The position numbers and the translations under genes are program-made. From NCBI GenBank assembly GCA_038230375.1, contig JBBRNJ010000043.1, positions 1 to 64,000 of the forward strand: a stretch of 64,000 nucleotides of DNA, read 5' to 3'. Every line of letters begins with the position of its first letter. Positions within the stretch are counted from its first letter, which is position 1. Below are positions 45,592 through 58,640 of the stretch, one piece after another. The notes below the pieces were generated by a model. The model saw only the letters and a program-made list of their open reading frames with translations. It was not told the DNA's origin and searched no databases. Source of the stretch: Polyangiales bacterium (GTDB taxonomy: Bacteria; Myxococcota_A; Polyangia; Polyangiales; Polyangiaceae).

Positions 45592-47463
45592 ATGCCGCAG
45601 GTCGTCGTCGTACCGTTTGGCGTGCCGGAAGAGGCAGAAGGACTTGGCATCGGCCTCGCGGCGCTGGTCCACGGCTTCGTGCGTTTTGGCAACGACCACG
45701 TGGGCCTCGCGCAGCTCCTCTCCAAGGACGCGACGCGCGCGGTGGAGGCGTTCATCCCGCCCGCCGCGTGGAAGGAGCTCTCCGCAAACGGACCGGACCC
45801 GGGTCCGCTCGATCTGGTGCTCACTGGCTCGTTCGAGCCGCCCGAGACCGGGCGCGGCTCTCTTCAGCTGGTCGCGTTCGAGCCGAAGAGCGGTGACGTA
45901 CGCGCAAAAGAGGACGCGGGCTTCGGCCAAGACGATGCCGGAAGCGCGGTCGCGGCGCTGCTGCGTGTATTCTGCAACAAGATCGACGCGGACATCGGTC
46001 ACGCCGAGCAGATCGACGACCTGGACTGGGCTGCGCTCGAGAGCGTGCTTCGTGCGGAACGCTGTGTCGTTCCGAATCCGCTCAAGGGCGGCGCCAAGGA
46101 TCGCTTCGCCGCGCTCGGGCACCTGGAGCGCGCGTTGTCGGACGCGCCAACGTCGCGCTTTGCCGCGTCGCGCCTGGCGGCATGCGCCATGGAGGCAGCG
46201 TTCACCGCGCCGTCCGCCACGCTCGCGCAGGCCGCCATCCGCAGCGTCACGCGCGCGCTCGGCGACGCCCCAAGGCAAGTCGAGCTGCTCGAGGCCTCTG
46301 CCGCCATGGAGCTCCGCTTCGGCAACTCGATAGAGGCGGAGGCGCGCGTGCTCTCCGCGCTGGAGGTCGCGCCGGACCGTGGCAGCCTCTGGGCGCTCCT
46401 CTGCGAAGCGCGCCGTTCACGCGGCGACCGCGTCGGCGCAATCGACGCCGTGCGGCGCGGTCTTGCGCGCAAGATCCAGGACCCGCTGCTCTTCACGGAG
46501 GATGGCATTCTCCGCATGGACGAGGGCGATCGCGTGGGCGCCGCAGCCCGCTTCCGCGAGGTCCTCGCGCGCTGGCCCTTCTTCCCGTCCGCGTGGAAGA
46601 ACCTGGCGCAGATCGCCCTGCGCGAAGAGGACGTCATCACTTCTCAGTCGCTCGTGGATTCGGCGCTTGCCGCGCGCGGTCTGCATCCGGACGTCTTGCG
46701 TCAGGCCATCGAGCTGTCGCTACGCGCGGAGCCCCCCGGCGTCGCCCGCGCCGCTCGGGTGCTGGTGCTCGCGCGGTCGCTCGTTGCGATCGCCCCGCAA
46801 GATCCGTTCGCAAGCTTGGTCCTTTCGCGCGCGCTCTCGGAGACGGGAGACAAGGACGGCGCGGTGCAGGCGCTCGTGCGCATAGAGGATCTCGCGAAGG
46901 GCTCGCCGCTGGCCGCGGAGGCGCAGCGCGGCCGCTTCCAGCTGGAGGACAAGCAGAGCGCTGACGAGGTTGACGCCATCCTTCGTGCCGCCGGCAGCGC
47001 CAGCGAGTCCGATCTCTCATCGCTCGCGTCGCGCGCGCGCCGCCTGTCCGAGTCTTCGCCCACGTGGGTGTCCGCGTTCGCGCTGGGCGTGGTGCATCGC
47101 AAGCAGGAGCAATGGGCGCGCGCCGAGGAGGCGCTGAACGAGGCGCTTCGTCGCTCGCCCGGATGCCCACCCGTGCTGGTGGAGCTGGTATCCGTGTGCG
47201 TGGGGCTGCGTGAAGGCGAGCGCGCAATGGAGCACGCCGCGCACGCGATCAAGCTTGCGGGCGAGAACGCGAAGACGCTGTCCGTGATGGCCGCGGCGCT
47301 CCTCTGCGCCGGACGTCAGGAGGACGCGGAGAAGACGATCGATCGCGCGCTCGCGCTCGAGCCCAAGAACCCCGAGAATCAGGCGCTCTCCGAGAAGATC
47401 CGCACGTCGCCCCCACCCGCGTCGAAGCGCAGCTCGTTCCTGTCGTGGCTCACCCGCCGCTGA
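45592..47463 (+). CDS. Tetratricopeptide-repeat protein
   Basis: Multiple TPR-like helical repeats (ALEVAPDRG, ALRRSPGCP, ALALEPKNP). Confidence 0.8.
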   Translation: MPQVVVVPFGVPEEAEGLGIGLAALVHGFVRFGNDHVGLAQLLSKDATRAVEAFIPPAAWKELSANGPDPGPLDLVLTGSFEPPETGRGSLQLVAFEPKSGDVRAKEDAGFGQDDAGSAVAALLRVFCNKIDADIGHAEQIDDLDWAALESVLRAERCVVPNPLKGGAKDRFAALGHLERALSDAPTSRFAASRLAACAMEAAFTAPSATLAQAAIRSVTRALGDAPRQVELLEASAAMELRFGNSIEAEARVLSALEVAPDRGSLWALLCEARRSRGDRVGAIDAVRRGLARKIQDPLLFTEDGILRMDEGDRVGAAARFREVLARWPFFPSAWKNLAQIALREEDVITSQSLVDSALAARGLHPDVLRQAIELSLRAEPPGVARAARVLVLARSLVAIAPQDPFASLVLSRALSETGDKDGAVQALVRIEDLAKGSPLAAEAQRGRFQLEDKQSADEVDAILRAAGSASESDLSSLASRARRLSESSPTWVSAFALGVVHRKQEQWARAEEALNEALRRSPGCPPVLVELVSVCVGLREGERAMEHAAHAIKLAGENAKTLSVMAAALLCAGRQEDAEKTIDRALALEPKNPENQALSEKIRTSPPPASKRSSFLSWLTRR

Positions 47464-47464
47464 G

Positions 47465-49150
47465 TCAGGGTGACTGGTCGGGCTTGCGCATGCCGGTGCA
47501 GTAGATCGGCGCGCCCTGGATCTCGTGGAAGTGGCGCGTGTACGGCACGCGCTCCACGCGCTGGAGTAGAACGCCGCCCTCACGCAGCTTGGCAACGTCG
47601 TCCTTCAAGACCGTGCATACTACATGCGTATTCACGTAGTCGCCGTAGACGACGGGCACGTCCAGGAGCCGGTTGTCCCACTCCGACCAGTGGAAGCGGA
47701 CCAGGCCCAGGTGCTTCCGCTTCACCGTGGAATCCGCCATCTTGTAGTAGATGGCCATCTCGACGCCGCCATAATGCCCGCAGGGAACGACCACGTCTGC
47801 GCCGTCGGGGATGGACTCGAACAAGGTCGGAAACACGAAGTCCACGGCGCCCTCGTGCGCGGCCATGTTCAGGTCCGCGGCGTAGAGGGGCATCCAGAAC
47901 CAGCTGAAGCGGATGGCTCCCAGCGTGATGAAGGTGGCGGCCGTTCCAGTGAGGAGAACCCCGCGCCATGCGGACTCCCAGAGCGTGCACACGCCGCCGG
48001 CGATCATGAGCGCCAGGAACGGGAACACGGGCATGAAGTACCCTTCCGGATCCGGGATCGCGTAGAAGAACGGGATCGCGAGCTGCGCCAGCGTGGTCAG
48101 GGCGAAGAAGCCGAACACGGTGCGGTTGCCGCGGAAGAAGCGCGAGATGCCGAACGGAATGAGGAGGAGCAGCGGCCAGAGCCACTGCTTCTGCATCTCT
48201 GTCGGGATGACGGGGAGTCGAAAGCGGATGCCCTCGACGAACTTGAACTTCCCCATGGCGTCCTGGAAGCTCTTCGCCGTCACGAAGTCGATGAAGTGCC
48301 GTCTGTCCAGCGGGCCCGCGAACTCGCTGTAGGGGAGCGTCTCTTTCGCACGGAGCCAGAGGTACGCGTACGAGCCTGCGCCGATCGCTGCACCTGCAAG
48401 CATGAACGCGAGCAGGCTCCACGGACGCTTCAGATCTTTCCGCGTCTGGAACACGACCCACAGGAACGCTGGCGCCATGGACACGATCGCGAGGTGATTG
48501 CCGAAGCCGACGAGCCACGCGAAGAGACCAATGCCGAAGGCGAGCTTGTCGCGCTCCTGCAGCCACCGCACGGTGCCATAGACGGCCACCGCACCGCACA
48601 ACGAGCTGAGCGTGTAGACCTCTGCCTCCGTGGAGAGCAGCCAGAACGTGGGACCAAGGCCCAGGAAGATTGTGCCGAGCGCGGCGGTCCGCACGGGGCC
48701 GATCGCCCATGCGCCCTCGCGCGATGCGAGCGTCATCTGCGCCATGGTGCGGAACACGAACGAGAGCGTCAGCAGGCCGCAGATGGCGGAGAAGAGGTTG
48801 ACCTTGACGTAGTCCTCGAGCGGCAGGGGAATGCGCACCGCCACGTAGGTGAGCATCAGGTAGAGCGGATTGCCGGGCGGGTGCCCGATGCCGCCGATGC
48901 GCGGCAGGAACTGGAACTTCGAAGAGTCGCCCAGGTTGATGAGCCCGCCAGGCCCTGGGTGCAGCGTGAGCAGGTACACCGCCGCGAAGAAGATCATCAG
49001 CGTGCGGTGCGCGCGCTTCGCATCGGGAATGAGCGCGGCGTCGGCACGCGTGGCGCCGCGTCCTAGCCACGTGCCTACGCGGCGGACAGGGCGGAGGATG
49101 CGGTGCGTGATGCGGTGCGTGATGCGCTGCGTGATGCGCGTGGTGGTCAC
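47465..49150 (-). CDS. DUF2723 / TMEM260-like GT-C membrane glycosyltransferase
   Basis: YLLTLHP....GDS..F......IGHPPGNPLY, STEAEVY, NH, and multiple TM helices. GTG 49150 overlaps the yggS stop. Confidence 0.8.
   Translation of the reverse strand: MTTTRITQRITHRITHRILRPVRRVGTWLGRGATRADAALIPDAKRAHRTLMIFFAAVYLLTLHPGPGGLINLGDSSKFQFLPRIGGIGHPPGNPLYLMLTYVAVRIPLPLEDYVKVNLFSAICGLLTLSFVFRTMAQMTLASREGAWAIGPVRTAALGTIFLGLGPTFWLLSTEAEVYTLSSLCGAVAVYGTVRWLQERDKLAFGIGLFAWLVGFGNHLAIVSMAPAFLWVVFQTRKDLKRPWSLLAFMLAGAAIGAGSYAYLWLRAKETLPYSEFAGPLDRRHFIDFVTAKSFQDAMGKFKFVEGIRFRLPVIPTEMQKQWLWPLLLLIPFGISRFFRGNRTVFGFFALTTLAQLAIPFFYAIPDPEGYFMPVFPFLALMIAGGVCTLWESAWRGVLLTGTAATFITLGAIRFSWFWMPLYAADLNMAAHEGAVDFVFPTLFESIPDGADVVVPCGHYGGVEMAIYYKMADSTVKRKHLGLVRFHWSEWDNRLLDVPVVYGDYVNTHVVCTVLKDDVAKLREGGVLLQRVERVPYTRHFHEIQGAPIYCTGMRKPDQSP
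49097..49140. repeat. 12-bp tandem repeat (GATGCGGTGCGT, about 3.5 copies) encoding RITH/RITQ at the N-terminus of the DUF2723 protein
   Basis: Directly visible in the sequence. Confidence 0.8.
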
Positions 49151-49827
49151 GACCGCTCCCCGAAGATGGCCGTGCCGACGCGCACGAAGGTGGACCCAGC
49201 CTTGATGGCGAGCTCGAGATCGTCGCTCATGCCCATGGATAGCTCGGGAAGTCGCGCGGGCCCGCCGTGGGCATTCCGCAACGCGACCAGGCCCTCGAAC
49301 GCGCGCAGCGTCGCAGCGTCGTCGTCCGCGGGGGGCATGGTCATGAGCCCTTGCAGCGTGAGAGTCCGCACGGACTCGATCGCGGAGAGCAGCACGGCAA
49401 CCTGGTCGGGGGGCGCGCCGTGCTTCTGCGACTCTCCGGATACGTTGACCTCGCAGAGCGCGCGCATCGTGCGGCCGTACGCCGTGAGGCGCTTGTCGAG
49501 CTCGCGCACCAGGTCTGGTTTGTCCACCGTGTGGATCACGTGCGCGACCTTCGCGACGACCTTCGCCTTGTTCGTCTGCAGGTGGCCGATGAAGTGCCAC
49601 TCGATGTCGGAGAGGTCCGCGAGCTCCGCGGCCTTCTGCTCCAGCTCCTGCGCGTAGTTCTCACCGAACGCGCGCTGCCCTGCGGCGTACGCGTCGCGGA
49701 TGTCGTTCGCGGGCTTCGTCTTCGACACCGCAAGGAGCTTCACCGTGCCTGCCACGCGGCCCGACTTCTGCGCCGCCGCTTCGATGCGCGCGCGCACGTC
49801 CGCAAGTCGCTGCGCGATGCCGCTCAT
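49147..49827 (-). CDS. yggS: YggS/PLPBP pyridoxal-phosphate homeostasis protein
   Basis: LLAVSKT, FGENYAQE, WHFIGHLQTNK, LSMGMSDD, VRVGTAIFG. Confidence 0.97.
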   Translation of the reverse strand: MSGIAQRLADVRARIEAAAQKSGRVAGTVKLLAVSKTKPANDIRDAYAAGQRAFGENYAQELEQKAAELADLSDIEWHFIGHLQTNKAKVVAKVAHVIHTVDKPDLVRELDKRLTAYGRTMRALCEVNVSGESQKHGAPPDQVAVLLSAIESVRTLTLQGLMTMPPADDDAATLRAFEGLVALRNAHGGPARLPELSMGMSDDLELAIKAGSTFVRVGTAIFGERS

Positions 49828-50618
49828 GACTTCCTTGCGCGGCGCGCGTGGACGACCATCACGTCGCTCTCCTGCGTGAGCGGTCCGCCCTGGAAATCTC
49901 CCTCGATCGTGACGACGCGGAAGCCCGCCTCTTCCAGGAAGACCTGCCACTCCTCCGGGTAGAACTGCCGGTGCGCGAGCGGCGTCATCACGGTGTCGCC
50001 GCTCTTCGGGGTGAAGAACATGGAGATGAAGAGGATCTGCCTGACGCGGTCATAGTCGAAGATCTCCTCGTACTTCACGCGACCGAGCGTGGGGTGGTTG
50101 AAGGGCGGCGCGCCGTACTTGCGCTGCGCAGAGCGAGCAAGGTCTCGGGGGACGGGCAGCGACAGGTCGCAGATGAACGTGCCGCCCGGCATCAGGTGAC
50201 TCGTGACAACGCGAAGGAAGCCGCGCACGTCGCTCCGCGTGTAGAGGTGCAGCGCCGTGTTGAACGGGCAGATCACGAGCGGGAACTTTCGGCCCAGCGA
50301 GACCTTGCGGATGTCGCCGCGCACGAAGGCCACGCGCTCACGGACCTCGCGCGGCTCGTCGCGGAGGCGTCGCCGTAGATCGGCGAGCATTTCCCTGGAG
50401 TGGTCGACGCCGATGACCGAGATTCCGTGACGCGCCAGCGGGAGCGCGATGCGACCATTGCCAACGCCGAGCTCCAGCACGGGCCCACCGCTCTTGCAGG
50501 CGAGCTCCACGTAGCGCGCGACGTCCTCGATGCGCGTGCGATAGGTGTGCGTGTAGTACGCCGCGTCCGTGTAGTGGGCGCGCGAACCAGCGTCGAGCTC
50601 GCGATCTATGCGAGCCAC
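49824..50618 (-). CDS. Class I SAM-dependent methyltransferase
   Basis: VLELGVGNGR, GVDHS..ML, GDIR, HLMPGG. Start re-picked at GTG 50618. Confidence 0.9.
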   Translation of the reverse strand: MARIDRELDAGSRAHYTDAAYYTHTYRTRIEDVARYVELACKSGGPVLELGVGNGRIALPLARHGISVIGVDHSREMLADLRRRLRDEPREVRERVAFVRGDIRKVSLGRKFPLVICPFNTALHLYTRSDVRGFLRVVTSHLMPGGTFICDLSLPVPRDLARSAQRKYGAPPFNHPTLGRVKYEEIFDYDRVRQILFISMFFTPKSGDTVMTPLAHRQFYPEEWQVFLEEAGFRVVTIEGDFQGGPLTQESDVMVVHARRARKS

Positions 50619-50625
50619 ATGCCTC

Positions 50626-50868
50626 TCAGAAGAGGCCGGCCTTGCGCTGCGCCTCGATCCACTCGTCGACCACGTCGTTCGTGTCGCGCTCGAAGTGGAC
50701 CTTGCCGGCCGCGATCTCGCGGAGGGCAGTGACGGCGGGCTTGTTCTTGGAGTGAACAAGGGGGTGCGCGCCCTTCATGAGCTGACGCGTGCGGTTGGCG
50801 GCCAGGAGCACCAGGGCGAAACGGTTCTCTTCACGCTCGAGGCAATCTTCGACTGTGACGCGCGCCAT
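50626..50868 (-). CDS. rpoZ: RNA polymerase omega subunit
   Basis: [10 protein letters not shown]....[20 protein letters not shown]. Confidence 0.97.
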   Translation of the reverse strand: MARVTVEDCLEREENRFALVLLAANRTRQLMKGAHPLVHSKNKPAVTALREIAAGKVHFERDTNDVVDEWIEAQRKAGLF

Positions 50869-51006
50869 GGTGCAAGCTCCTTACGAACCTCGATGCGACA
50901 ACATGCGAGGCGATCCGTTGGGATCGATTGGGGGAAGAAGGAGTTAGTCGCCCTCGCGAGATTCCGCAAGCAAGTCGTCCCGCGCTGAGGTAAGACCACT
51001 GAAAGC

Positions 51007-51696
51007 ATGTTCCGTCCTCGTATCCTCCTCGTGCGTCACGGCGAGACCGAGGACAACAAGAACCGCATCTTCCAGGGCCAGAAGGGCAGCGGCTTGAACG
51101 ATCTCGGTCGCGAGCAAGCCCGCAGGCTCGCCGCGCGGCTGGCCCCCGTCAAGATCACCGCCGTCTTCGCCTCCGATCTTGCCCGCGCCGTGGAGACGGC
51201 AGAGATCGTCGCGGCTCCTCATGCGCTCGCAGTGACCACCAAGGTGGAGCTTCGCGAGGTGGACGTGGGCGCGTGGTCTGGCCTCCCGTACGACGCCGTC
51301 CAGGAAAAATTCCCCGAGGAGTACGGGGCGTGGCGGAGCGGGCTCGACATTCGCCGCGGTGGGGGCGAGACGTACGACGAGCTCGCCGCGCGCATGATGA
51401 AGGTCCTCGGCTCGATCAGCGCTGTCGTGTCGGGCACCCCCGATGGGCTGGCGTTGTGCGTCTCCCACGGCGGCGCCATCCGCAGCGTCATTCGCACCCT
51501 CGTCGGCCACGGTAGCCACCCGCGCGCGCTCGCCGCAGCCGACAACACCAGCGTGACGCTTCTTGAGTACGAGAAGCAGCACGAGCAGCAGCACGAAGAG
51601 CACCACCAGAAGCAGGAACTCTCGTTCCGCGTCGCGGTCTACAACGACACCAACCACCTAGAGGACGCCGTCCGAGCACGCGTCCCCACCCGCTGA
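51007..51696 (+). CDS. Histidine phosphatase (phosphoglycerate mutase-like) family protein
   Basis: RHGET, SDL.RA.ETA, LRE...G.W.G, GGE, VSHGG. Confidence 0.92.
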   Translation: MFRPRILLVRHGETEDNKNRIFQGQKGSGLNDLGREQARRLAARLAPVKITAVFASDLARAVETAEIVAAPHALAVTTKVELREVDVGAWSGLPYDAVQEKFPEEYGAWRSGLDIRRGGGETYDELAARMMKVLGSISAVVSGTPDGLALCVSHGGAIRSVIRTLVGHGSHPRALAAADNTSVTLLEYEKQHEQQHEEHHQKQELSFRVAVYNDTNHLEDAVRARVPTR

Positions 51697-51712
51697 ACCC
51701 CAGGAGAGCGCC

Positions 51713-52380
51713 ATGGCCTACGTCCTCACGATTGCAAACTACAACTATTCCTCGTGGTCACTCCGGCCGTGGATCGTGATCCGCCAGGTCGGCATCGCCG
51801 TGGAAGAGCACGTGCTGGATCTCGCAGGCCCGGGGCTGGCCACGCCTGGCGTCGCGGAGGCCTCGCCCTCGGGCCGGGTCCCCGTGTTCGACGTGGACGG
51901 CAACAAGGTCTGGGAGTCGCTCGCCATCTGCGAGCTGATCTCGGAGCTGTTCCCCAGCCAGCAGCTCTGGCCGAAGGATCGCTACAGGCGCGCGAACGCC
52001 CGCGCCGTGGCCACCGAGATGGTCGCCGGCTTCTCCGCGCTGCGCTCTGCCATGCCCATGAACATCCGCGCGCGCCGCAAGCACGGTGAGCTCGACCCCG
52101 CCGTGAAGAAGGACGTCGATCGCGTGAAGCGCATCTGGAACGACTGCCTCAACGTGTCTGGCGGTCCGTACCTCTACGGCTTGTTCTCCATCGCGGATGC
52201 GATGTACGCGCCCGTCGTCAGTCGCTTCCGGAGCTACGGCGTGGACACGGACCCCACGTGCACGGCGTACATGAAGAGCATCGAGAACCTGCCCGCCATG
52301 AAGGCCTGGGCAGAGCGCGCGGCCGCGGAGAAGCACCGCGTGCCCGAGTACGAGGCGATCGCCGAAGCCCTCCCGGCCCA

Positions 52381-52384
<4 letters not shown>
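51713..52384 (+). CDS. Glutathione S-transferase family protein
   Basis: NYSSWSLRPW, SPSGRVP, WESLAI.E, FSIADAMYAPV. Confidence 0.93.
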
Positions 52385-55230
<2,846 letters not shown>

Positions 55231-55348
55231 AGCCTGAAACAAGGCCAGAACTGCAGCGGCGGGCAAAATGAAAGTCCGTTTCAAAATTTGAACGTCACGT
55301 TTCATACGCTGCGCCTCTCGAGCAGCGCGGGTCCTGTAGAATCGGCGG

Positions 55349-56407
55349 ATGTCGTCACCCTATCGCGCGAGCGGGCCGCTTCCGGAGGCGACGCGCGAGC
55401 CCACGCGCGCGCGGCTGGGGCTTTTGGTCGGCGCGGTCGGCGCGCTTCTCTGCTTTGGCTCGCTGATGCACGCGTACCTCGGGTCGTTCTCGGTCGGAAA
55501 TAGCACTGCGCTCAGCGTGGGAGCCGCGATCGTCAGCGTGGCGCTGGTATATGCGTCGCTCGATGCGCCGTCCGGGCGCGCGCTCCTCATTCCGTCCGCC
55601 GCCGTGTTCGCGGCGACCTTCGTGATGCGGCCCATGGGCAGCGCCGCTCCAGAGCTCTTCATGCGCACGTGGGTCTGGCCCGCTCGCTACTTCGCGGTGA
55701 CTGGCCTGGCCGCGGGCCTGCTCTTGCGTCTTCGGCGCTCGCGTCCGGGTGCCTCTGGCGCATTCCTGCGACTCGCAGCGATCGTCGGCGCGTGGTGGGG
55801 CCTTTCGTGGATGGCGTCGTGGGTGTGGAGCGGCGCCGATCACTCCGCGCGTGCGGAGGCGCTGTCACGCGTGTGCTACCTGCTCCTTGCGCTCGGCATG
55901 CTGGACACGCGGCGATACGTGGGAATTGCGCCGCTCGAAGCGCCCGCTCGCACGCCCGACGATCTCGCGCGCGAGATGGCCACCACACGCATCTGCCTTG
56001 CTGCCCTTTCGCTGGCGGTGACATTCGCGGCACCGAAAGAGCCCTGGAGCTCACGCTGGGCAGTGCTGGCAACGGCGGAGACGGTGGGCGCGGGGGCGCT
56101 GTTCTTGCTGCACGCCAGATGGCTGCTTCGAACGCGCCACGTTCTTGCGGCCGCACTGTCGATGCTCACGTCCGTGCTCGCGGTCTGGACCGCCGTCCTG
56201 GCGTTCGATGCGCACACGGGCCCGCTGCCAGCTGTGGCGATCTGCTGCTTCGGCGCCGGCGCGCTCATCGTGGATGGAAGCATTGCCCACTTCGTCCGGC
56301 CGTCACGTCTCACGGACATGCGTGCAGCGAAGCCAGCGTTCATCCTGGCCTGCGGCGCGATCGGTCTACGCGTGCTGTCGCTCGCCGTCGCGCTCCGAGC
56401 GGAGTAG
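55349..56407 (+). CDS. Hypothetical polytopic membrane protein
   Basis: About 10 hydrophobic segments; fills the gap between uvrA and the HmuY gene. Confidence 0.6.
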   Translation: MSSPYRASGPLPEATREPTRARLGLLVGAVGALLCFGSLMHAYLGSFSVGNSTALSVGAAIVSVALVYASLDAPSGRALLIPSAAVFAATFVMRPMGSAAPELFMRTWVWPARYFAVTGLAAGLLLRLRRSRPGASGAFLRLAAIVGAWWGLSWMASWVWSGADHSARAEALSRVCYLLLALGMLDTRRYVGIAPLEAPARTPDDLAREMATTRICLAALSLAVTFAAPKEPWSSRWAVLATAETVGAGALFLLHARWLLRTRHVLAAALSMLTSVLAVWTAVLAFDAHTGPLPAVAICCFGAGALIVDGSIAHFVRPSRLTDMRAAKPAFILACGAIGLRVLSLAVALRAE

Positions 56408-56422
56408 CGCTATAACCGTGGC

Positions 56423-57172
56423 ATGTCCGACTGGAAGCACTCCACACGATCTGCGCTTGCTGCGTCCTTGCTCGCCGCGCTCGCCGCGTGCTCCAGCTCC
56501 ACCACCCCCACGGGCGGTGCGGCGTCGGATGGTGGCGACGGCACGGACATCGGGGATGGCGGCGGCGGTGGCGGCACCATGTGCACGTCTGCGCGCAACC
56601 AGCTGCTCGCGCCGCTGGCGAAGACGTCCAAGGGCGCGGTCACCGTGGTCTCCACGTCTGGCGCAACGAAGGTCGTGTACGTGGATGCCTCGGCCGGCGG
56701 GGTGAACGGGTCCGCGCCGCGCGTCTACGTCAACCTGGACACCGTGACGCGCGTGGACCTCACGGACACCGCGGCGTTCACGTCCGCGGACTGGGATCTT
56801 GCGCTGAAGCGCACCACCCTCTACACGAACTCGGGCGACGCGGGCATTGGCATGGGCGGCGCGCAGCAGGTGGGAAAGGCGTTCGCGTCCGTCACTGCCG
56901 CGGACGCGACCAAGGTCGTCGCAGAGACTTTCTTCGACGACATGTGCACCGCCAAGACCGACCCCATTGGCGCGCCGCTGTCGGCGTTCAGTGACTGGTA
57001 CGACTACGACATGGCCACCAACATCCCCACGCCCAAGACGAACGTCACGTACATCGTTCGTGGCGGCACGGGGAAGCTCTTCAAGGTCGCCATCACCAGC
57101 TACACGGGCCTCGCGGACGGCGGCACCGGTACGGCCACCGGCTTCTTCCTGCTGAACGTGGCCGCGCTGTGA
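56423..57172 (+). CDS. HmuY-family heme-binding lipoprotein
   Basis: Lipobox LAAC; YVNLD, WDLALKR...TNSG, WYDYD...T, YIVR...GKLFKVAI..Y. Confidence 0.8.
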   Translation: MSDWKHSTRSALAASLLAALAACSSSTTPTGGAASDGGDGTDIGDGGGGGGTMCTSARNQLLAPLAKTSKGAVTVVSTSGATKVVYVDASAGGVNGSAPRVYVNLDTVTRVDLTDTAAFTSADWDLALKRTTLYTNSGDAGIGMGGAQQVGKAFASVTAADATKVVAETFFDDMCTAKTDPIGAPLSAFSDWYDYDMATNIPTPKTNVTYIVRGGTGKLFKVAITSYTGLADGGTGTATGFFLLNVAAL

Positions 57173-58563
57173 TTCGCGCTCGCGTCGCCGTCGGGTTCGC
57201 GTTTGCGATCGGCGTGTCCATGCTGCCTCGGGTGGCGCATGCGATTGCATGCAGCGGCCGGCCCACGGACTCCGGCGGATTCGGCGGCTACGACTACGGG
57301 ACCGACATGGTGAAGACCTACGACACCGCGCTCGTCCGCGTGCATTATGCACTCACCGGAAAGCACGCGCCCGCGCAGGCCACCACGCGCGGGGACGGCG
57401 TCCCCGACACGGTCGCGTTCGCGGGCGACACGGGCCAGGACGCGCTCACGAAGTATGCGCAGATGGGCTTCCTGGCGCCGCCCGCAGACACGGACTGCAA
57501 TTCGAATGGCGGCGATCAGCGCCTCGACATCTACCTGGTCGCGTTCGCGGGTGCGGACGGCACCACCACGCCGGAGAACTGCGCCGGCCCCGTCTGTGGC
57601 TCGTTCGTCCTCTCGGAGAGCACATTTGCCGGACGCGGCTACGCGAACGCGCAAGAAGGCTTCAAGACGGTGATCACGCACGAGCTGTTTCATACAGTGC
57701 AGAATGCATACGACTCGCAGATGGATCGCTTCTGGGCAGAGGGCACCGCGCAGTGGGCCATGAAGACGCTGCATCCGGAGCTCCCCGACTTCGAGAATCA
57801 GCTCCCTGACTTCTTCGCGCACCCGGACCACTCGCTCGACGCGCTGCCCAGCGGCGCGGTCGCCGGCTATCTCTACGGCTCTGCGGTGTGGCCGCTCTTC
57901 CTCACGCTCACCCAGGGCGACGGCACTGTGAAGGCGATCCTCGAGAAGCAGGCCGGAGGCAAGGCGAAGTCGATGGACGCGGCGAACGTCGTGCTCACGG
58001 CGAAGGGTTCGTCGGTCGGGCAGGCATTCATGCTGTTCTCCGCATGGAACGCCGCCACGAAGAGCCCAGCTCCGATCGCCGGCCAGGGGTATCCGAACGC
58101 CGCGACGTATCCCGGCGTGAAGAAGGCTGCGCTCGCGGACGGCGTCACGGGGATCACGTCGGGGTACTCGTCGTATGCGTACATCGGCACGCTCGACGCG
58201 CCCACGACCCTCTCGCTCACCACGGACGCCACGCGCAACGCGGGCCTGCTCGTGCCGATCACCGCGGACGGGAAGGCAGACCTCGGGAACGCCAAGCCGC
58301 TTCCGGCAACGGGCAGCGGACAGGTGCTCGTCGTCGTCGCGGGTATCACCACCAAGAAGACGGACGGGCCGTTCACGCTCGCGTACTCGGCTCCCTCGGA
58401 AGGCGACGCCGGTCCCGGGGCGCCAGGCCCTGAAAAAACTGGTGGATGCGCGGTCTCCGCGCGTTCCGAGCCGATGGATCTCGGAGGCCTCTTTGGCGCC
58501 GCGCTCGTCCCGATCGCGCTCGTGCCATTCATGCGCCGCATGCGCCGCGCTCGCCGCGCCTGA
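57169..58563 (+). CDS. Secreted zinc metalloprotease (MXAN_6640-like) with a MYXO-CTERM-type sorting tail
   Basis: Signal peptide; HELFH..Q..Y...W.EGTA.W; C-terminal GGCAVS, hydrophobic stretch and RRMRRARR. Confidence 0.8.
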   Translation: MIRARVAVGFAFAIGVSMLPRVAHAIACSGRPTDSGGFGGYDYGTDMVKTYDTALVRVHYALTGKHAPAQATTRGDGVPDTVAFAGDTGQDALTKYAQMGFLAPPADTDCNSNGGDQRLDIYLVAFAGADGTTTPENCAGPVCGSFVLSESTFAGRGYANAQEGFKTVITHELFHTVQNAYDSQMDRFWAEGTAQWAMKTLHPELPDFENQLPDFFAHPDHSLDALPSGAVAGYLYGSAVWPLFLTLTQGDGTVKAILEKQAGGKAKSMDAANVVLTAKGSSVGQAFMLFSAWNAATKSPAPIAGQGYPNAATYPGVKKAALADGVTGITSGYSSYAYIGTLDAPTTLSLTTDATRNAGLLVPITADGKADLGNAKPLPATGSGQVLVVVAGITTKKTDGPFTLAYSAPSEGDAGPGAPGPEKTGGCAVSARSEPMDLGGLFGAALVPIALVPFMRRMRRARRA

Positions 58564-58640
58564 CACCGCACGGCCAAGAATCGCCGATTTGACACTGCCT
58601 TTACAAATGGGGTGAGGTCCGCCGGCTAGGCTGACTGTCA

